A stretch of 63,818 nucleotides of DNA, filler included, from an uncultured bacterium (GTDB lineage: Bacteria > DAOPZR01): NCBI GenBank assembly GCA_964637655.1. It is 4 parts of 4 records of this genome, joined end to end, with 100 filler letters (N's around TTAATTAATTAA, not from the genome) between each part and the next. Parts side by side here need not be neighbours in the genome. Positions count along the whole stretch, not along the records: positions 48,014 to 63,818 come from CAZWUZ010000054.1; 3 more parts are not named here. One strand, given 5' to 3'. A model generated the notes under the pieces. That model did no database searches. It saw nothing but the letters and a program-made list of their open reading frames with translations, and had not been told where the DNA came from. Shown here in pieces: positions 59,828 through 63,818 of the stretch. Position 1 is the stretch's first letter. Every line of letters starts with the position of its first letter. The position numbers and the translations under genes were made by a program.

Positions 59828-60904
59828 TTATTCCAGACAATTCTTCAGTATGTCTCCCCACTGAACAGCTTGTGCTCTGCCTTCAGGCACCGGCAGGGAC
59901 AGTATCTCGCGCAGCAACTTGTCGGCCACCGGCAAAACGTCCCGGGTCCCATACGCAGCGGAACGATGCAAACGGTAGGGATAATGTACCTGCGTCGGTA
60001 TGCCTTGAGCGTGCAGCAGGCGCCGCAACCGGTCACGCTGCGGCACACACATCACCAGCTGATGCCAGGCGTGCTCACCGGCGGTCTTTTGACTGACAGT
60101 TCCCACTACCGTCAACAGCGCACGCGCAGCAGCAGCGCGCCGGCGCCGGGCCGCTGCACTCTGCCGCAGACGCAGGCGCAGCACTGCCGCCTGCAGTTCG
60201 TCAATGCGACTGTTGGTACCCGGTTCGGTAAATTCGCGTTCGCTGCTCCGGCCGTAATCCGCCAGCTGCCGCAAGCGTCGCGCCAGCCGTGCGCTGTTCG
60301 TCACTGCCATCCCAGCGTCACCCAGCGCAGCGAGTGTCTTGGTCGGGTAGAAGCTGAACGCGCCGATGTCGCCGAAAGTACCGACCTGCCGGTTGCGCCA
60401 GCGGGCACCGAACGCCTGGCAGGCATCCTCGATCACGCGCAGGTTGTGGCGGCGGGCGAGGCGCAGGATGTCGTCCATCGGCGCCGGGCATCCGTAGATA
60501 TGCACGGGCAGCAGCGCCTTCGTGCGGGAGGTAATCTTTCTGTGCGCGTCAGCCGGGTCGAGGGTCCAGTCATCAGGTTTGACATCGGCGTACACCGGTT
60601 TTGCACCGGCCAGTTTGATGGCCGCCACCGTCGCCACGCAGGTAAATGCCGGCACAATCACCTCGTCGCCGGTGCCGATATCCAGTGCCCGCAGGGCTAG
60701 GTGCAGGGCATCGGTCCCCGAGGCAAGCGCTACCGCATGACGACAAGCGCAGGCGGAGGCAAACTCCCGTTCCAGGGCCGCCGTCTGCGGCCCTTTCAGA
60801 AATACCCCGCTGGCCAAGATACGGTCCCAAACCTTGAGAATGGCGCGGCGCTCTGCCGGCGGCACCCGCAGATCACGGAAGGGGGGCAGCCGGCGAACGG
60901 TCAT
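59828..60904 (-). CDS. DegT/DnrJ/EryC1/StrS PLP aminotransferase
   Basis: SGTDAL, VHIYG, EDACQA, SFYPTK.L...GDAG and NSRIDELQAA motifs. Confidence 0.93.
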   Translation of the reverse strand: MTVRRLPPFRDLRVPPAERRAILKVWDRILASGVFLKGPQTAALEREFASACACRHAVALASGTDALHLALRALDIGTGDEVIVPAFTCVATVAAIKLAGAKPVYADVKPDDWTLDPADAHRKITSRTKALLPVHIYGCPAPMDDILRLARRHNLRVIEDACQAFGARWRNRQVGTFGDIGAFSFYPTKTLAALGDAGMAVTNSARLARRLRQLADYGRSSEREFTEPGTNSRIDELQAAVLRLRLRQSAAARRRRAAAARALLTVVGTVSQKTAGEHAWHQLVMCVPQRDRLRRLLHAQGIPTQVHYPYRLHRSAAYGTRDVLPVADKLLREILSLPVPEGRAQAVQWGDILKNCLE

Positions 60905-62181
60905 TGCGTGCGCAGGGTGTACTTCTGCTTCTTGCCCTTCATCAGTTCTGCCGTGCCGGCGGCAAACGCGGCTGCGGTCAGGGGGCAGGCGATGTCGGAC
61001 ACCACCGCGCCGTTGAGGCGGACCCCCCCCTGCTGGATGAGCCGGCGGCCCTCGCCCAGCGAAGCGCAGATGCCCGCTTCGACCAGCAGTTTCACCAGCG
61101 GCTTGCCGGCGGCAAGGTCCGCCGCGCTGACCGTGATGACGTTCAGCGTCTCCGCCGCGGCCGTCGCTGCCGCATCGATGCCGCATTCCCGCCGCAGCAT
61201 CTCCCAATCGGCGTCTGGCATGCCGAACTGCTGCCGCTCGAAGGCCAGCGCCGCAGTCGCCGCGTCTCTGCCATGCACCATCTCCGTCACACGGAAAGCG
61301 AGGATGCTCTTCGCCTTGTTGAGGTCGCGGTCGCGCCAGGCGCTGTAGCGGACGATATCGTCGAGCGGGACAAAGGTGAAGAACTTGAGGAACCGTTCGA
61401 CATCGCGGTCGTCGCTGTTGCGCCAGTACTGGTAGAACTCGTTGACCGGGGTCTTCGCCGCGTCAAGCCAGACCGCCCCCTTCTCCGTCTTGCCCATCTT
61501 GCCGCCCGACGCGGTGGTGAGCAGCGGCAGGGTGAAGGCGCACGCCTCTTTCGTCGTGACACGGCGGATGAGGTCGATGCCGGCGAGCATGTTCGACCAC
61601 TGGTCATCGCCCCCCAGTTGCATCGTGCATTGTTCCGTGCGGAAGAGGTGCAGAAAATCATACGCCTGCAGCAGCATGTAGTTGAACTCGAGGAACGAGA
61701 GCCCGGCCTCCTTGTCGAGCCGCGCCTTGAAACACTCGGCGGTGAGCATGCGATTGACGGAGAAGTGTGCCCCTACGTCGCGCAGGAAATCGATGTAGTT
61801 CTGCTGATTGAGCCAGTCGCCGTTGTTGAGCAGCAGCGCCTTCCCCGCGGAGAAATCGAGGATGCGCCCGAGCTGCGCGCGGATCCCCGCGAGGTTCTTC
61901 GCCAGCTGCTCGTCGGTGAGCATGGAGCGCATGGCGTCCTTGCCCGACGGATCGCCGATGCGCGCGGTTGCCCCCCCGACAATGGCGATGGGGCGGTGCC
62001 CCGCGCGCTGCAACTGCGCCAGCGCCATCACCGGCAGCATGTGCCCGACATGGAGCGAGTCGGCGGTCGGGTCGAAGCCGGCATAGCAGGTCACCGGCCG
62101 GTCGAATACCGCGCGCAGGTCAGGCGTAGTGGTCTGTTTGATGAACCCGCGCGCGCTCAGAACGTCATGCACATTTTCCAT
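60901..62181 (-). CDS. tyrS: Tyrosine--tRNA ligase
   Basis: YAGFDPTADSLHVGH, LQAYDF, GGDDQW and KMGKT motifs; C-terminal S4-like domain with GKK. Confidence 0.97.
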   Translation of the reverse strand: MENVHDVLSARGFIKQTTTPDLRAVFDRPVTCYAGFDPTADSLHVGHMLPVMALAQLQRAGHRPIAIVGGATARIGDPSGKDAMRSMLTDEQLAKNLAGIRAQLGRILDFSAGKALLLNNGDWLNQQNYIDFLRDVGAHFSVNRMLTAECFKARLDKEAGLSFLEFNYMLLQAYDFLHLFRTEQCTMQLGGDDQWSNMLAGIDLIRRVTTKEACAFTLPLLTTASGGKMGKTEKGAVWLDAAKTPVNEFYQYWRNSDDRDVERFLKFFTFVPLDDIVRYSAWRDRDLNKAKSILAFRVTEMVHGRDAATAALAFERQQFGMPDADWEMLRRECGIDAAATAAAETLNVITVSAADLAAGKPLVKLLVEAGICASLGEGRRLIQQGGVRLNGAVVSDIACPLTAAAFAAGTAELMKGKKQKYTLRTQ

Positions 62182-62212
62182 ACGCATTCCTGTCGTTACA
62201 TTGATTGCGTAT

Positions 62213-62270
62213 AGTAGCGTATCGCACCGTCGGCGTCAACCTTGACGGCGACGGCGGAGTCGGGTATGGT
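62213..62270. promoter_or_regulatory. Back-to-back sigma70-type promoters
   Basis: Minus strand TTGACG-N17-TACTAT (tyrS); plus strand TTGACG-N17-TATGGT; coordinates approximate. Confidence 0.55.
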
Positions 62271-62317
62271 ATCCTCTGGCCGAGCGGCAGCAACCGCGGA
62301 AGGGGAATACCGGCGTA

Positions 62318-63818
62318 ATGGATTACAACGACACTGAACTGAGGCGACCGGTGGCGCAGGCGCGAGTGCGGCACTACGGACGCTGGCTGCTGGCGCTGCT
62401 GCTGGTGGCGGGGGCGGGGTATGCGCTGCTGCGGTACACGCAGCTGCCGCCGGCGCAGGCGCGGGCGCGGGTCATCATTCTCGGCTTCGACGGGCTGGAG
62501 TCGACGCTGGTCGAAAAGTGGGCCGCAGAGGGGAAACTGCCGGAGTTCAAGCGGTTCATCGACGCGGGGCAGTTCCACCGGCTGCAGACGACGAACCCGG
62601 CACAGTCGCCCGTCTCGTGGTCCTCCTTTATCTCGGGGAGCAACCCGGGAAAGCATGGCATCTTCGATTTCCTCTCACGCGACGCGCGCACCTATATGCC
62701 TGACCTGTCATTAGTGCGGCAGGACGAAACCAACCCCGGCGAATTTGTCAGTGCGCGGCGCGGGTTCACCTTCTGGCAGGCGCTGGAAGAGGCGCGCATC
62801 CCCACGCGCATCATCCACTGCCCCGTGACGTTTCCCCCTGAGGGGAGCAGCCATATCCTCGCGGGCATGGGCGTGCCCGACATCCGCGGCACGCAGGGGA
62901 CCTTCTCTTTCTACACAGAGGAGCAGGATGCGGGCGGGGCAACGGGCGGCACGGTGATGACGGTTGTCTTCACCGGCAGCGACGCGCGCGGCCGCATCAT
63001 CGGACCGCAGGTGGAGGGCAGCAGTACCCCGGCGGAAGTGCCGTTCACCATACGGCGTAGCGGCGGAGGCATCACCCTGATACTCAACGGCGGGGAGGTG
63101 CCGCTGGCAGCGGGGACATGGAGCGGGTGGCAGCGCTTCTCCTTCCCGCTGGGGATGGGGCAGACGGTCAGCGCCATCGGACGTTTTCATCTCATCAGCG
63201 CACAGCCGCTGCGCCTCTACCTCTCCCCGCTGCAATTCGACCCGGAAGCACCCTACCAGTCAATCAGCGTGCCGGAGGAATTCAGCGCGGAACTTGCCGA
63301 GGCCATCGGCCTCTACCATACGCTCGGCATGCCCGAGGAGACGTGGGGACTCAACGAGGGGCGGCTCAGCGAGGAGGCGTTCCTCGCGCAGTGCGCGACG
63401 CTTTTAGACGAGCAGGAAGCGATGCTGGCGCGCGAACTGCGCGACTGCGACGCGGGAGTGCTCCTCTGGGTGACGATGGTCAGCGACCGCATGCAGCATA
63501 TGTACTGGCGCACCATCGACGAGCGACATCCGCTGTATACCCCGGAACTGGTGGCACGCTACGGCAACGTACTGGCAGAGATGTACGCGCGCTGTGACCG
63601 CATCATCGCGAAGGTGCGCGCGCAATTGCGGCCCGAAGACACGCTGATTATCATGTCCGACCATGGTTTCTCCTCCTTCCGCCGCGCGGCCCATGTCAAC
63701 AGTTACCTGCGCGAGCGCGGGTTCCTCGTGCTCAATGATGGTGCGGATACCAGCGCGGAGTTTTTCGCGCAGGTCGACTGGAGCAGGACACGGGCGTATG
63801 CGCTCGGGCTGGGTGGTG
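62318..63818 (+). CDS. Alkaline phosphatase/type I phosphodiesterase family protein (3' truncated; absent from the ORF track)
   Basis: My translation from ATG 62318: TM anchor, RVIILGFDG, TTNPAQSPVSWSSF..G.NPGKHGIFDF, DRMQH and MSDHGF; open to the window end. Confidence 0.85.
   Translation, partial: MDYNDTELRRPVAQARVRHYGRWLLALLLVAGAGYALLRYTQLPPAQARARVIILGFDGLESTLVEKWAAEGKLPEFKRFIDAGQFHRLQTTNPAQSPVSWSSFISGSNPGKHGIFDFLSRDARTYMPDLSLVRQDETNPGEFVSARRGFTFWQALEEARIPTRIIHCPVTFPPEGSSHILAGMGVPDIRGTQGTFSFYTEEQDAGGATGGTVMTVVFTGSDARGRIIGPQVEGSSTPAEVPFTIRRSGGGITLILNGGEVPLAAGTWSGWQRFSFPLGMGQTVSAIGRFHLISAQPLRLYLSPLQFDPEAPYQSISVPEEFSAELAEAIGLYHTLGMPEETWGLNEGRLSEEAFLAQCATLLDEQEAMLARELRDCDAGVLLWVTMVSDRMQHMYWRTIDERHPLYTPELVARYGNVLAEMYARCDRIIAKVRAQLRPEDTLIIMSDHGFSSFRRAAHVNSYLRERGFLVLNDGADTSAEFFAQVDWSRTRAYALGLGG

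Noticed and set aside
59826-60904. Prophage or integrative element at tRNA-Glu
   Set aside because: No integrase, and I found no duplicated tRNA 3' end in the contig
62182-62317. T-box riboswitch upstream of tyrS
   Set aside because: The predicted promoter leaves only a ~25-nt leader, and no T-box consensus is present

Overview
GC-rich bacterial draft or metagenome-assembled sequence made of four separate contigs (1-16008, 16109-31997, 32098-47913, 48014-63818) joined by artificial 100-nt N/TTAATTAATTAA linkers, so adjacency across linkers means nothing. Contig 1: radical SAM enzyme, orphan ABC binding protein, nitroreductase, methyltransferase, NupC, hybrid histidine kinase, GT-C-like membrane protein, K+ channel, L,D-transpeptidase, RND pump. 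Contig 2: DUF4424-ankyrin protein, SPFH plus NAD-kinase-like pair, a secreted low-complexity protein, archaeal-type topoisomerase VI (top6B/top6A), glycosyltransferases, MBL hydrolase, CapA-family protein, UraA. Contig 3: liv ABC operon, orphan DNA amino-methyltransferase, a PP-loop/glycosyltransferase/B12-radical SAM operon, type III glutamine synthetase. Contig 4: a cluster rich in B12-radical SAM enzymes and glycosyltransferases, tRNA-Glu(CTC), DegT aminotransferase, TyrS, a phosphodiesterase. Most notable observations: (i) a degenerate 38-bp tandem array (25107-25350) whose units are mostly 13-codon mini-ORFs chained by RTGA stop/start overlaps, bridging the MBL gene and a methyltransferase; (ii) a family of intergenic MITE/REP-like elements with shared ends but different interiors; (iii) Topo VI with a histone H1-like tail, with two perfect DnaA boxes about 1.4 kb upstream; (iv) repeated leaderless-type promoter geometry; (v) B12-rSAM/GT-C envelope-modification operons of unknown product. 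All calls come from reading motifs by eye; no database search was run.
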